Part shown: in pieces, positions 25,201 through 40,294 of the stretch | Layout: each line of letters opens with the position of its first letter | Numbering within the stretch: position 1 is the stretch's first letter | Origin: Pocillopora damicornis | Taxonomy: Eukaryota | DNA length: 64,000 nucleotides | Assembly: GCF_003704095.1 (NCBI RefSeq) | Contig: NW_020846005.1 | Location: 558,001-622,000 of the forward strand | Direction of reading: 5' to 3' | Position numbers and translations under genes: made by a program | The notes under the pieces: generated by a model | What the model was told of the DNA's origin: nothing | The model's input: the letters and a program-made list of their open reading frames with translations, nothing else | Databases searched by the model: none

Positions 25201-27559
25201 CAATGCGATCTGCAACTAACACACTACGAACACTAAACTGTTTCAAGGTAGCAAACGATAACCGGTGAAAGCAGACCCTCTTTCCAGCTTTGAATCTCAC
25301 GCACTCAGAAAAAGGACGAAGATGGTATGTCTTCCCACAGTCTCTATTAAGAGTCACTCTGCTTAAGGGGCTTATCAATTGAACCCTTACACGGCAAGCT
25401 AATGAAAATCTCTCCCTCCCCTAATTTTTTCCCCTAGCCTTTCCATGTCGACTGATTCCTGAACCCAGAGTTTCAATATTGGTAAAGTGCTGTGAAAGAG
25501 GTCGGCTTAAGAAAGCTTTCTAACCTTGAAGTACGTACAACCTTAAATTCTAAAGTTAAAATCAGATAGTCTTGCAATTTCGTATGAAAACTAACAATGG
25601 ACGACTGGATCAACAAAACAATTTATTATTTCGATTCTGGCGTGACGAAATCCTTTTAATAGCAAAGTGCAGTGGCGTTATTCCTATTCCAAACCAAACA
25701 CTATTCCAGGCCATACTCAAGATTTCATGCTCTTGTATGCCTTTGATTGTCGTTATATCTCTGAAAATTTTACATCAACACATAACTCCGTTAAAAGATG
25801 CTTTCTGATGTTCCAGACTTTATCTTCTGACTGGAATTCCGGACGTTGTCTTTAAGAGTGTTATCGGAAATTGTGGCCGGCCACAATTCAGACTGATGTC
25901 TTGGACCAAACGAAACCTTGTCCAGCTTATATACTGTAAGGAAGTCACGGAAGAACATCATTAATCATTATTCGGGAAAACTCGGGAATAATCTATTTCC
26001 TTCTTCCCATGCACCTCCCACCTCACTTGGATCGAAAAAAAAAGGAGGAAAATTTTCCCCTAGATTAGTTATACTAGGCTCGTCACAGATTCCATTGTGA
26101 GAGGAATTTCTTGTTCAGCTTTCGCAGTCATTTCTCCGTTATCTTTGTCATCACAAACCGTCGTTAGTGCCGTTTCAAACAAAGATCGAACGCAATACAA
26201 ACTCATCATGTCAGCGAGGACCAAACAAATTATTGATCATGAGACTCCGTCCAGGAGCAAGATCTGGGGGCTTTTAGAAAGGAAGAAATAGCTGGAGTTT
26301 AACTATAGAAGTGCGAGGGGTTTCAAAGATTGATCCCGTGTAATATCTTTAGCGACTATTCAAGGGGAAACTCGTTCGGGTACGAAACGAAAGTAGTCTT
26401 TTTTATTCCAGGTGCAGGTGGAGGGTACCGATAAGGCCTGACGAGTTGCCAGTTGATGGTTTTGGTCACGGATAGAACGCAAGCATCTCCATCAAATCTT
26501 TGTAAGGTAATCCTCGACCTCAAAATTCTATACTGGATTACAACCAAGAGCACTTTTACAAGTTTCAGTGGTGCATGATTGAAATGTTCTCCTCGCCGCC
26601 ACTGGGCTCTCGGCCAGGAACGTGATGAGGTCAGTTAGTACTACTAAGATAAAAAGTTCAAGTTCATTACGATGCCTACCGCTTACATCAAGAAATCGAA
26701 CCTAGATCCAACTGTAAATGGGTAATTTTTTTAAAACATTATAAATCATAAACTTCACAAAATAGGTGCAGTACCATGCTTCAAAAGTAAAGCCACACGA
26801 TTTTAATAGAATATCTTATTGAAATATAATGATATTAGCTTATCAATACCCATAATTGCACAAGTGTTGATTGAGAAATCGTTCTTACGAATGTTCCTTG
26901 GAAGTCCCGCGATAAATATATTCCTGGAATCTCATCAACTTAACAATATATTCTTCATAATTTATTTTGTGCGATTGGAAACGAATTTAACAAGTGGAAG
27001 TTTGAACTGAATCAAGAGCACACTTAGTCAGTAACTCTTTTGTCGCTCGGATTACAAGATACCCTAAATTTTTCATCTCCCAGCTCAACGAATGTAAGAC
27101 GAAAACAAGCTAAGTCACGGTTTGTGGAAAAAGAATCTAGCAATTTTACGAACTCATTGCATGCAATCCGAGTTAATCTTCTCCATCCTTAAAATTCCTT
27201 TTTTCATTTTAGCTTATAGTAATCTAATTGGTGCTTTACTATCTCATTTAAGTGTCAATCAATTTTTTTTCTCATAGTTGGGGTTGAGGTATCCGCGTGA
27301 TGTTACGCGTGGTAGGAAATTGCTCAACTGCCGTGACATAACTTCTTTTCACCAACTGGCCACATAAGGAATCACCACTTGGAGTCATTGTGTGCCTTAT
27401 TCACACATTCCAAAGATTGTCCCAGATACTTGATAAAATAGGTGATAATTTTACCGATAAGTGGTTTGTCGTACAAGGATGAAAGATTTGAAATAAAAGT
27501 GTCCTGTGGATCATGTTTAATGGCTGTGAAACCTTTGTGCTCCCCCACACAAGGGAGTG

Positions 27560-28556
27560 CTACTCGTATTCCTCCCAAAGGTATTCACCAAGGTCGAGGT
27601 CCAGTAAGTTGTCTGAAAAAAATTAGAATAAAAGATGCATTCATATAAACTAAAAACAAAACAAAACAAATACAGCTTTTAGGATTTCACCATAAGCCTT
27701 TCGTGATAAGAGATCAACAAATTAATGTGCGATCACTTTCAAGCAACATTTCAATGAAAGTTCAATTTTTTTTTCGATTTTTGCTTGAGGGACCGTTTAA
27801 GGTTTGATTGGAAGTCAACAAGAGCGGATCCAATCCGCGACAACTAAGAGAGGAAGTGTTAAAAATGATAATACATATTGTTTACATTAACAATGAAAAC
27901 CGAATTATTGTTAGTAAACATGTTTCAAAACGGACTACTGTTATCTTTGTACACATCATTCAATTCCCGAACTCACGGATTCATAAATATTTGCATTGAA
28001 AATTTGGAAAAAAAGTTCAACAACAATTTACACTCCGTCACGATATTTGAAAATGACGGACGAGAACTGTAAAACTATCAGACCTCCCAGATTTTCGAGC
28101 TGATGACACTTATCCCCGGCCCCCGTCACAAATAATTGAGTGAAAACTTCAAGGTGCATATGTACCTTCATTATCAGAGAACGAGTCAAAGCAGAATCGT
28201 GGAAGATTTGCAGAGAGACTCCAACCATCTTCAAATCCTGGAAGGCTTGGAAGTAGCTCGTCTGGGTTAATTCTTTCCAAACCTTCCGGTGTGTTCTCGA
28301 GAATCTCAGTCAGACAGGAAATGTATACTGCTGCCAGTCTGATGGTCTCCGTTTTGGAGGGTTTCTTCTCCCCAGGAAAAAGTGGAATTAGATCCCTCAA
28401 CCTCTCAATGTGTGCATTAAGGGTTTGCACGCGGCTCCTCTCACGTGCGTTAGCCATTCGTCTTTGTCGACTGACTCCGGTCAAACGAGGTCCTCGCCTC
28501 CTTGTTTTCTTTTTTCCTTGAGTATTGTCAGGTTTAGCCGCTATAGTAGTGTCCAT
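27560..28556 (-). CDS. Paraxis/Scleraxis-like bHLH, cluster copy 1
   Basis: RRRGPRLTGVSRQRRMANARERSRVQTLNAHIERLRDLIPLFPGEKKPSKTETIRLAAVYISCL. Exon 1 is 28556-28166 (GAAG/gtacat). Predicted exon 2 is 27612-27560, encoding DNLLDLDLGEYLWEEYE-stop (147 aa total). The unspliced ORF would stop at 28149. Confidence 0.9.
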
Positions 28557-31500
28557 GGCTGACTGCTGTGCTTGGTTGAACTGCTTGTAACTGATGTGAG
28601 TTTAAACTAAGGCGTGGAGATCGTTGAACGAGTTACTTATCGCAGCATTCCAGGGCTTGGCTTGTCAGCTGGGTTTCCATTTTAAGGAGACAACAGAACG
28701 GAACTCATCTGACACGATTATATAAAGTCCAGAAACATAAACACATGATATTATACAAGATAAGGCTTACTATCGCACTTCTGAATAACGTGTGGGTATT
28801 TCGTGCTCAATGTACATTCTTTCGACCGCATTTTGATCCATCCCACGCACAACAGCATCGTAAACTTCCTTTAACTGTTTATTTTCTTTAGCTACTCTCA
28901 CATTAAATAACGCCCTTTTTCTCGATTAAAGTAAATCGTGAATATGTCCCATTATGATAATGTACTGATGATGTGTGACTCGTGCATTGCGTCGAAAGAA
29001 GACCGAACTCCCTCATGCTATAATTGAAAAACACTTAAAGTTTGTGGTTATTATTTACTTCAAATGTGGATTTTAGTTAGGTCAATATTTCTAGCTTAGT
29101 GTATTAAGGTTTGGAATCATTTACATGCTCACCGTACCTGTGTGTCATCGCTGCTATGAGCTCCAGCCTAAAAAACTTGTGGGTTGATATGACATGACGT
29201 CACGACAGCCGTTCACAACAAACGCTCTCATCGTGCAAATGACTCTTTGACCTTTCAAAGTTTATTGTTTTTGCTCTCTTTTCGTACTTATTTGTTTTTG
29301 CTCTCTTTTCGTACTTATTTGCTTTAAAAACATCACACAAATGAAAGGGATTTGTATGCGTCACGTAAATTTCCACTCTTGAAATTTTGCGGGTTGGTTT
29401 TAGTCTACTTCAGCCGAAGGAAACTTATCCCCATCCGCCTTGATGATACTAGGGCCTAGTAAATTCTCATTCATGCATACGTTTGGAAATTATTTTCATA
29501 TCAAACTATGCTGATACCGAAAGATCGGTTCTAGTTTGGAGACAGTCCGTTGGTGGTTTGCTTGTAGGCTTTACTGAAACGAGCACTCAAATCGTTTCCA
29601 TAGGTTGCCATTTTGGCACTCAGTCAATAAAAGTAAAGTCATTGCATGTTTTGGAAAAAAGCTCTGCAGCCACGAACAAGCTGTAGAACATTTTGTGAGC
29701 ATTTGTGTGATGAAAACATTTGTTTGATCTTTCCGTGTAACACGCTTTAAATTTGAACCTAACAGCTTTCGCCACAACGTTTTGATTTATCTCAGTTTAT
29801 CTTTCGGAAATGAACAATATCCTGCATCATTAATCTGAATGATCCTTTATGGGAGATGTGTTTAATTAAGATCGGTGAGTTTGTGATATTACAGGTAACC
29901 TGGGAACTCAGACAAGAGGAGCCAATACTACGTAAAACAGATTCCCAGATAGCTTGATTTCGCTTAAAGGTTACCTTGTGTACGCCTACAAAAACACTGA
30001 TAACATTGAGGCATTATTGAAAGATCTATTTTGCACATTATTACTTAGCAAAGCGAGAGCTTAGACATGTAACTTTTGATGTTCAAATTGGGCAATTTTG
30101 GTTTTTAAACTTTACCTTCTTACCTCGGCTGGATTTTTTTGCTAAGGAGTAGCAACCTACATTGTAAGTTTGCAAGTCCAGTGTCGTATTTACCCATTTT
30201 CACTAAGTTTTCTTTACTCCCTTCTTCCTCTCTGCTTCTTAAGTTAAGTTAATCAAACATACTTTGCGGTACATTATCTACGCCAATTTTTTTTCCTCTT
30301 TGGCTTTCTCTCAACGAAATAGGACCATCTAGAGGCTGCCTCAGCTCTTATCATAACAGTTTATTTCGTACGCTCTGATGTGTCGATAAGCTTCTCCGCA
30401 TTTGATTTTAAGCCTGAAGATAACAATTGTTGGGTAAGCAAGTCCAACGGCGGCTGGGCAAAAGGGGTTTGAATAAGTTCAGGTCATTAGGTGTGGTCCA
30501 ATACGGCATGAACTCGAGAAACCTTCAACATTCGAAAAGAAATAACTTGTCTCGCGGTTTTCCCTTTAAGTCATGTGTTTCTCTTTCAGTTTCATGATAC
30601 ATTTAATTTGGACCTTCATCGTTCCGGGCATGATTGTAACCTCACTCAAATAAATGTGGTTTTAAGTTTTAAGTTCAATCGATCCTTTTTGGAGGAAACG
30701 CTGATGTGTGACTGCATAATCAAGAATTTATATCGATTTCTCCTGATCAAATTTTTTTGATCCTGACGAGTCACCTAAAACAGTGGTCATGTTTAAAAAG
30801 GACGGAAACTATACATGTGGTTGAAGAAGTTTTAAAAGCGTGAGCTGAGCAAAGCTGCTGCTTGCTTTGGATCAGTTTGGATCAGCAGCCAAAAGAGGAC
30901 TATCTTTATAATTATGAGATGCTTTTGTGCCCATACAGGAAAAACCGCAATTGACAGACGGTGTATAAATGAGAGCAACCCCCCCCCCCCCCCCCCCCAC
31001 TAATTTTGTTATTTTAGGACCTATTTTCATTCAGTTCAGTCTATAGAAAAGGTCATGAATAATTTCAGTAATTTTGAATCAATAAGTGAGCTTCCGATAG
31101 TCGTACAGTATGTAAAACTAACAAGACCGCCATCAGCCTCTATTGGTTTCAAGATCAATTTCATTAAAGTTTTGTTTACGAGCCATTATTCTTTGTCGTG
31201 CGTCCGACTTATTTTGGTCACATGTTTGTTGATGATTAGTATAACATAACGGAAGGGAAGATATTTCAGTTGACGTTTAATTAAAACAGGCCCAAAGTTG
31301 AGGACTCCGAGTTCAATTTTAAAACTTCTACGAAGGTCGTAAATGATGTTATTTAACCCAGTGGATATTACATGAGAGATAAAGCAAGCAAAAAATACTT
31401 GGACATTTGTCTTCATAGCACCCAAAACGTGCAAGTTTACATTCTCATTTGCCTTCTCATTCAATTTCTGAAATGTTGTAATTGGCGGTTCGTTCTATGA

Positions 31501-33549
31501 CTCTCTTTCGGGATCATCGTGCAACGTGCTGTAAAGTGAAGTGCCACCTTATTTTCAATTAAACAAAACATCACAGACGTGTGAACAAATGAGTCTCATT
31601 AGCACATTTTCCAACGTACTGTCATGCAATCCTGAGTACAGCTCTGTCTGTATGTAGCTTATCAGTGTAAAAGTACCCAACACTGCTGCTAAATGAGCAC
31701 TTACAAACGATGATTGAAAAGATCCAGGAGAACAGATGTCCTCATAGGTTAAACACGGGATTTAGCCAAACAGAAATGACCTGGAAAACTGGGTCACTCT
31801 AAGTTATCTTTCAACGTGACGTGACGAGATAGGACAGTCCTGACTAAAAAAAAAACCACACAAAAACCGGCGATAATTGACAAAAATGCCGCAATGAATG
31901 AAGTGTCGCTTAATTTTTAGTTTGATGCTTTAATGCGTGAAGTATCCGAGGTAACTAAGACAAATGGAGGAAACGAAGTCATAAACGAATTCCTGATAAC
32001 ATGGAGGATAGCAGCCGCTCAAAACCTAATTCGTAACATTCAGGAAAAGATGTTGGCGATGGTGCAACAACATAAGCATTTCATGTCAAGTACGATTTAG
32101 GACACAATGGTATTTTAGAACCACAGTTTCGATTAGGAACTATTTATTGATAACCAAATGATTCCTTTTTTTTTACCTAATCTTTGTAAAGTATCTTCGG
32201 AAGTACGCTTGCATTTCAAGCACACGTACTATCCGAGTGAACAGCACTCAATGATGCTAAATCCAGCCTGTATGAATCAAGATCTTAACTACAGAGATTT
32301 AATTTAAAAGCAATAGTGAAGATATCATGGAAGAGAAAAATGTGAAAATAAGCGTGTCTTTTTGCTTTGCGTAAGACAAAACCAATATAGAGACATGAGG
32401 CGTCAGTTTAAGCCTTTGAGCTTTCTTATCCCGTATCAATAACAAGAGTAAGTTGATTATGCAAAATAACCTTAATATTTTTTTAGCCCCTTGAACGACA
32501 TTTCTTAGCAACGACTTTAAATCCTATCGAGCAGGATGATATCAATTATAAGAGGTACAATTTGACAGGCAGACTTAAAATTCTGCTGAATTTATTTGTT
32601 TGTAAGCTGATCCCAGCTGGTAAAAAAAAAAAAAGAGTGAGAAAGGTTCCCCTAAGCTTCTATGTCAGGTGATGTTTCAAAATTAGATTAAGAGCTTCGT
32701 AATCTATTTTCATGCATAATTGTTAGTTATTACTCAAACCTTTACAAACAGTCTGAACGAAATAGGCTTATAACCTTCTATAAAGTAATAGTCAACTGTT
32801 GCAAGCAACAGCTGTCTTGTATGCGCTAAGCATTCCGACTTTATTAAATAAACTAAAGCCTGGACAACATACCTACCGAAATTACCTCAAATACAGCAAT
32901 TGACCGAAAAACCGAGACGCTTACAAGTCTGCACAAGTCTGATTTTATTACTTGCTCCGCGCACGATACCCGTCCATTCTTCACCAGCACGGAAGTGATG
33001 CAAACCTTAAAACAACACGTGACTGCTTTATTTCCACTATGCGCCCGATCAGTGGCGAGCACAGTTCGGCGTTTTTGACTCGGGTTTATCGTGAAACAGG
33101 TAATATTTGCTAAATTAGGAAAGGTGAGTTTACTTTACACTGTTTACTTAGCTTGCTTATTCCGACGCAAGAGGGCGCCTCTTGTTTAAGTAAGATGGTT
33201 ATCGTGTCTTAAAACACTCAATAGTTTGATATAAAAAAAGCTCAAACTACTCAGATCCGATAAGTTAATCGCATTGTAGGCTAACTTGGAAAACCAAAAT
33301 TTTATGGCTATGATGAACGGTGGCTATTCTCGTGAGGTAAAGATTTCTTGATGCCACCCACTGAAGAGTAAGTCAACAATCTTGGTGACAAAAAAAGGCT
33401 GCAGTGTGACGTGGTTTTCATGACAACAACAACAATAATTCTCACGGATAAATGAAAGTTGCATTCCATGCACTTGAGGTACATTTACTCCCAAGAAATA
33501 TTTTATTGCTCTTCAGTTGCTGTTCTGGCCTGATTTTGGACTTTTGATG

Positions 33550-34314
33550 TTAAAATACGGACGAGAGACCGCCACCATCGCTGCCACTTAATTCATCATC
33601 TTTCCAAAAGAAAGCTGTCAATTCTGACACAAAACAAAAAGAGAAATGAACTTCAGTTTCTAATTATCTTACATATCAAAAAAGCTTATCTCACACAGGT
33701 AAAGTTGCCGTTAAAAGTTCACGAACTGTTACGATATATTTAAATAGTTCAGCGGTGTAGTATTTCCCTCATAATTAAACAAATTCCTTCCTACCATTCC
33801 TCGCTACCAACATTTTGAAATGCTCTAAAAAGTTGTTTGTGATTTTTGTTTTACTACGCCCTTGGATAATAGACTTTTATAGTTTCATCAAAATGCAGGC
33901 GTACATAAGTTTACCACAAATGAATTACAAAACTGTTATCTTACCTTCAGATTCTACACCGAACGGGTCAAACTCAAGTGAAGTCACTGACAAATCTTCG
34001 TCCAAACTCTCTCTACCAATCATCTCTTCGTGTTCTGTATTCGCCATTTCCAGAAGCTCTGTCAAATGCGATATGTACAATGCTGCTAAACGAATAGTAT
34101 CGGTTTTTGAAGGCTTTTTTTCGTTCGGAAAGAGAGGAATGAGATCTCGCAAGCGATCTATCCCTTCGTTTATGACATGGACTCGGTTTCTTTCGCGCGT
34201 ATTGGCGATTCTCCTCTGTTTGCTTAAACCGGTAAGGCGCCGCCCTCGTCTTTTTGTCTTCTTCTTTGAAATTGTCGCTCTTGGAGTTTCTTCTTCTGGA
34301 ACTTCACTTTCCAT
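33550..34314 (-). CDS. Paraxis/Scleraxis-like bHLH, cluster copy 2
   Basis: KRRGRRLTGLSKQRRIANTRERNRVHVINEGIDRLRDLIPLFPNEKKPSKTDTIRLAALYISHL. Exon 1 is 34314-33945 (GAAG/gtaaga). Predicted exon 2 is 33623-33550 after a long pyrimidine tract, encoding ELTAFFWKDDELSGSDGGGLSSVF-stop (147 aa total). AATAAA lies at 33507-33502. Confidence 0.9.
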
Positions 34315-37300
34315 GATGCTGTCTTCCAGAATTTAATTTGTTCTAAAAGATCTGTTTTCTTTTAAAACCAAGACAGCGGTCCGTCTACCGGATTGTTGAT
34401 CACTATCACCTAGAAAGCATTTTTAAGTTATTAAAGACCATGTCATGTACGTCAGAGCGGAGTCTAGTTGGCTGCGACTCGATGATGTTATTATCCAATA
34501 AGTTAGCCGGCTTTTGCTTAAAGAAAAAATAATCCAGTTAACAAATCTGGATATTTTGTGCTGACTCTAATACTATGTAACATTTCTGGCAGCCTTGCTA
34601 TCGAGCTAACCGCGATTAGAATCTTTTCTCAACTGCTTAATCTAAGCAAACATACCTCGTAGGGTCAGCAACGATCAGGAGATTGTAATCCGTGTCATTG
34701 GATACGTTAGTTACTTGTTGTCGCGGAAGTGGCACTGTGTGACCCTCTATCAACGGCTTATCCAAAGAGTCACTTTTCTAAACATAAATTGGATCTCTCT
34801 ACGTCAAGAGTGGAATTGTGACTACAGGTAGCGGTGTATCTACAATTGCTCTTCCGTTTACGTAGAAGGAATGCACAAAGGCCAACTCTCTTCATGCAAC
34901 AATTTTTCGTTTCCCGTCAACAAAGCTGTAGCTATGTTACAGTTTTTAAAATGATATGTTCACCGGAAAAAGGGGAAAATAGGAGCTTGTAGGAAAATGG
35001 GATTAAGCTGGGATGTCACGTCATCATTTATTCCCGCTGAGGCTTCTCTCGGTTGCGGCAAGCAAATTCACCTCCAACTTGAAGAGGACAAAAAAGTATG
35101 AGCTGGCTAAGATAGAAAACACAAAAGAGTTCAGAATGAAACAAACATGAACAGGAATGATTAAGGATGGAGAAGATTGAAACAGATCGGTAATGATGAA
35201 CTGTTTCAACAAATTTTCAACTGATTTATTATTATGTTTATGCAGCTCTTTTGATGTGCAGGAACCGAGGACAGTACGTGAAAACATGAAAATCTTCTTG
35301 TGGTTCATGCCAATTTTTTCTTAAATAGAATGTGTTTATGACCTTGCCCTATCATCTTATTATGGAAACTTTTCCAGACAGGTATGTGTATGCACGCTAG
35401 GATTACCGACTTTTTCGTGGGTTAACGCGAAATATTTCTTGTGTTTGAAATGGAGTTTATTTAAAAGAAAACTTAGCCATGCGAGACATGAATAGAAAAT
35501 GAAGAATGAGGACATACGATTACTACTGGGACAAAAGGACCCGTGGAACAAGATTTAGTATTTACTTTGTTCCTATTGATGGGTTCTTGGAGTTAACTTT
35601 ACTACCTTACGTGCACGTTCCTAGACTGATGCTGTGTTGTGATGTGAAATTCTTGTGATTTTACTGATTCTAACCCTAATCTTTTGTTTGTTATTTTGTT
35701 TGGTTATACTTCGGATTTAAGTTGACCGTGCACGTGCTTGCTAATAGTTCGATGCAGGTCGGGGCACTCATTAAAAATAGCACCAAAGGTAATTGGGATT
35801 TTGAGACAATATCTTCCTTAAAAAAATATATCGAGACCAGCGCTACGATAAGCTTTGTCTAGTGTAGGAGTGCACGGGAAAAGAAGTTTAGCTTAAGCTG
35901 TTATGTCGAGAACATACAACTATGTCAATCATTCACTCATCAGTTCAAGCTGTCTTGTACCCAGTAAAGAGCCAAGCTTTTTGTTCCAGTTGTACTTCGA
36001 AGGGCCGACTACATAAAACATGTGTATATTAAAGGAAACCTCCCCCCCTCCCCCGCCAACCACAAACTCTAAGGATCACGTTCTGAGTCAACTTTGTTGT
36101 AACCTTGGATTTCAAGCGTAAGAGCCTCCCGCAAGCCTAGCATTAACTGCTTCTTCCTCAGTAACTGGTAGTCAGAAGTAAGCAAAACTAGCACAAAGGA
36201 AATAAAACGAGCTGTAATGAATATATTCCCGGTTTGCCCCTCATTATAACTGTGTAGGCAAAAGGAGATGAAGGAAACTGAACACAGTCATACCCGTATG
36301 GTAACGCTCTGGCGGTTTTATTGAGAAACATTATTTTAAGAAATTGCCGAAAAAGGGCCGTGCGTGATGGCACGATTAGGGCTGGAAAAAGCCGTAAGAT
36401 CCTATGAAAATATAAATAGGAAATGAAACAGAGGAACAGCAACGGTCAAATGATAAATGCTAATTGAGTTACTCAGGTCGGATCGTACGGGAAAATATTT
36501 GGTTCTCATCGCTTGCAGAATGGGCACAACGAAGTTCAAAGGTCATGACCTCGAACCAGACTAAAATTTTGGAGCTTAATTCATAAGCGAGTTAACAACA
36601 AAATTGACCAATCAATCTGCTTCATTTATGGTCCTGCAATTCAAAATTACGAACCCTACGGAAACTTCTATCAGAGAAATTGCCTTAAAATTCCAGAGTC
36701 GATTACTGAAAATGCTCGTAATTGACCTCACATTAGAACAACACCGAATATCTAGGACCGTCGCCAATGAAAGCTGAACCGGCTAAGAGCAAGTAACGCC
36801 TTTTTCATTTCGATGATTTGCAGACCGGTGAATGTTATCTTTAATTTCTGATATGCTCTTCATCTACGGTCTAACAAACGATTTGAGGTTAACTAATATA
36901 TAAAGGTCTCGTAATTTTCAACTAACAGCTATTCAAGCTCTGTCTGTAGAACGACTGTTTGATTAAGGCAAGAAAGGGTCACTCGTCATTCAAGCTCCAC
37001 CATCAAAAGAAGAAGAGATTGCAAAAACTCACAACTTAATGCGGTTTGAGAATCAACGGAATAACCTAACCCTTGAAACAATTCTGGTTTTCAAATTTGT
37101 TAAGACGTTCAGCTGTGAACGCTGCTACATTGAAAATAACTGAGTAACCTAGCCACACAGGCAAATTTTTAAGATATCCCAGAATTCAACTCAAATGGTG
37201 AGAACCAAAGCGCGGTTTACAAGCAGCCGCTGCTCTGCCGGTCCAGTCCTAAAAAAACTTAAATTGAAAAGTTATAATTTGCCTTCTTCGCACAGCTCAG

Positions 37301-40091
37301 GAGTCAAAAAGTGGTACCTTATAATAATTACTCTGATAGAATGTTTTCGACCAGTATCTTTCCGTTTAATTAATGAGTAAACTGAGAGGAATATATAAGA
37401 GATTGGTTTACACAGCCGTCACTTTGCTTTCTTATATATCACTTATTGAAAGTTGGGACTATTTATCAACAATGAAGAAAAACTGTGGGCTGCTTAAAAT
37501 AACAAATCTGCTTCCTACCACACCATCAATGCTTCTAATCAAGAAAAGCTAAAATTAAATTTCCATGATAAAAAGCCAGATTGTTAAATTTTAAATGAGT
37601 TGAAGAGGAAGAAAAAAATTCCAGCTAATTGTTTAAGTGACAAGTCATAATTCACGATCTTAATTCATGAATTGGAGTGTCTCTTTCCAAAAGGACATGT
37701 TTTTACTTAGTTGCTTATGGCAGATTTGTTTCAGTTGATTTAATTAATGCCTATTAGCAGAGATGCGTATTGTTTTAATTGTGTTTCGTAAACATTCCAG
37801 TTTGATTACATGCTCGGCAATTATTCCCACCAATTCCCTAGAGTGCTGACAATGTGATACAACGAGGACAATACTACGGACGTTTTTTTTATCGCTAAAC
37901 TAACCTCCGACAAAGGTCTCGTTCACCTTTTGATTACTTCCATTTCATTTTAGTACATCTAGAAACTTCCTTTGACATTTTCAGGTCTACATAACATTAA
38001 AAACATTCCCAGCATCACGGAAATTACGCGATTTCTATCAGCAGGAATAACATTAAATAAAAATAGCCATTGGTGGGAGTCTAAATATTTCACCATATGA
38101 TGTTTGGACTAGAAACCGATATGTTTAAATTTCTTTATCGCATTTTTTGAGTGTCATTCTAAATGTACTAAAAGAGACGATCAAAACCATAGCATTTGCC
38201 TTCTCAAAGAAGATTTGAAAAATTGAGAGTATTTTGTCGTTGTTACTTTCACAGCGTACAGTAGGTATTTATTTACTTTTTTTCAATGGTTTCGAAATTC
38301 TGTAACGAATCAAAAACATGTTCATTGGTGCAGAAAGGCAAACAAAGTTTTGTCTTTGCGTCAAGTATATTGTCCTCTCTCTCTGTGTTTAAATTTCTCT
38401 ATCACATTTCTCAGGGTCATTTTCAATTTAACCGCTGATGGAGATGACGTTTGTTGTCCATGGTCTTGGTGTGCAGTGTCCCTTTAATTATCCCCAAACA
38501 CTTAAATTCATTTGTCGCCTGCATTTAATATTAACTGCGCCAGGAGAATTATTAGTCGAAAAACACATCACTGGGAAAATAAAGAGAAGACGTTTTTCTT
38601 GAATGAATGTTTAAAAAAAAGCTATTCGAGGCCTGGATTCTCAGTGTAATGGCAAATCTTTTTATGTGCTGCAATCTGACTGGCTACTCTACTCGCTAAC
38701 TCTTTCGCATAATCCTGTTATGTCGTTACGATTTGAACCATAGTAGATTTACAATAAAACAATTTGATTATGAGCTCAAAATTTTGAATGCGTGAAAGTT
38801 GATTCTCCCTTCCCTCTCATAAACAACTCCACGAGTACCACACGATAAAATTCTTGATCTCATAATCCAATTGTTGAATCTCCAATAAACTGCTGTTATG
38901 AGTTAACACTTTCTTATTAGAGTAAAGGAGACTCTGAAGCCTGCCTCTCTTCCATGGTCTCTTGCTATTACAAGCTAGGAACCCTACTGATTTCCATACA
39001 TTAGTCCATGTATATTCTTTTTTGCAATCATATGATACTGCTCATAAATTAAAATTATATCATTTGATTTGATTTAGATGCAAATTGCGATATTTTTATT
39101 TAATCTGTTTTTAATGGTGGTTTAAATGTTCTGTGAATTTTGATCAGCTAATAATTCATCATTATCTTGAAGGTTAAACTGATACTGCCTGCTGATCAAT
39201 TGACGACAAAATAAAACAGCGCTTCTACAAGTAAATTGTGCAATGAAATTCTTATTTAGTCAAACAAGGCTTTGTTTGACATGAGCCAGGATAGCAAATA
39301 AGACAAAAGTCCTTTATTTCTTTCTAGCATTGTAATGAAGTGCACCCTTTTTAAGAAAAGCTTTCTTTAGGGACAGATGGTAGAGAAAATGGTCCTAACA
39401 TTTCAATTTTACCATTCGATAATTCTTCCAATGAATCAAATCTAAAGGGCAAGTGACTAAGTTGGGGTAAATTGGATGATGTTTTTTGTAGGTTGATTGA
39501 ATAACAAAATCATGATCGATCATTGTCAACCTTCAGGCTATAAAATTATGCATTTCTGTCTTCGAGACAGTGTTTTATGTTACATTCACTGATTCACTTG
39601 TCATCAGAATACTCCATGCCTTAACTGAGCTATTACAACTCTTACCGCTGCTGTAACCAGTACGGATTTAGAAAGGAGATTTTTGATACTTTTCGCGTAA
39701 ATTTCATAAAATTACTGAAATCCTACCATATATGGCAACGTAACAGCCTCTCGAAAGATTGTAGCCATTTTTTAGTAGTTTCTTCAAGTGAAAATTAATT
39801 GCAACAGACTCAAAAGCACGATATGAAATGTTTTTCGATTCCATTCGCTTTTTTTTGTCTACTTCTTTCAAACGCCATGGGATTATTTTCGTTTTTCTTT
39901 GATGCCAATGCTTGTCCCATGCATTCAAAAACACCTCACTCTTCTATCTTGCCGCGCCGCTATGACGAACTCCTTCAGCAGAGGGAGCAGCTACTGTCTC
40001 ATTTGAGATTATGTTTTGACAAGAGATCTTTCTCGTTCATTCAGATTCAAAGACACTTTTTCAGCTGTAAATAATAAACATTTAAACTTAA

Positions 40092-40294
40092 CTCTTTAAC
40101 TCCCATGAGTGACCAAGACAGAATTTCTCCTTACAATATCAATACAATATCAACCAGATAAGCGATGAGAATAGAGACAAATATCAATTTGGGGATAATT
40201 AGATGATCCAATAATAAATTCTCTCAACTAACACTGTAAGAATTGTGTGATTGACAGTGAGGAGAATGACAAATTTGATCTGGGAGTTAAAGGG
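40092..40294. mobile_element. piggyBac-like MITE (203 bp) with TTAA target duplication
   Basis: TTAA at 40088-40091 and 40295-40298 flank the inverted termini CTCTTTAACTCCCA ... TGGGAGTTAAAGGG (one mismatch). No coding capacity. Confidence 0.85.

Noticed and set aside
22600-26600. Cluster of short ORFs with slightly coding-like composition
   Set aside because: No recognisable motif or consistent exon chain. Possibly decayed transposon sequence, but that cannot be supported by eye; a translated search against a repeat-protein library would decide it.
30979-30998. 20-nt poly(C) run, plus short tandem duplications near 18636-18669 (17 bp) and 29265-29320 (27 bp)
   Set aside because: Ordinary slippage products. 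They are not CRISPR-like (no spacers) and there is no evidence of function.
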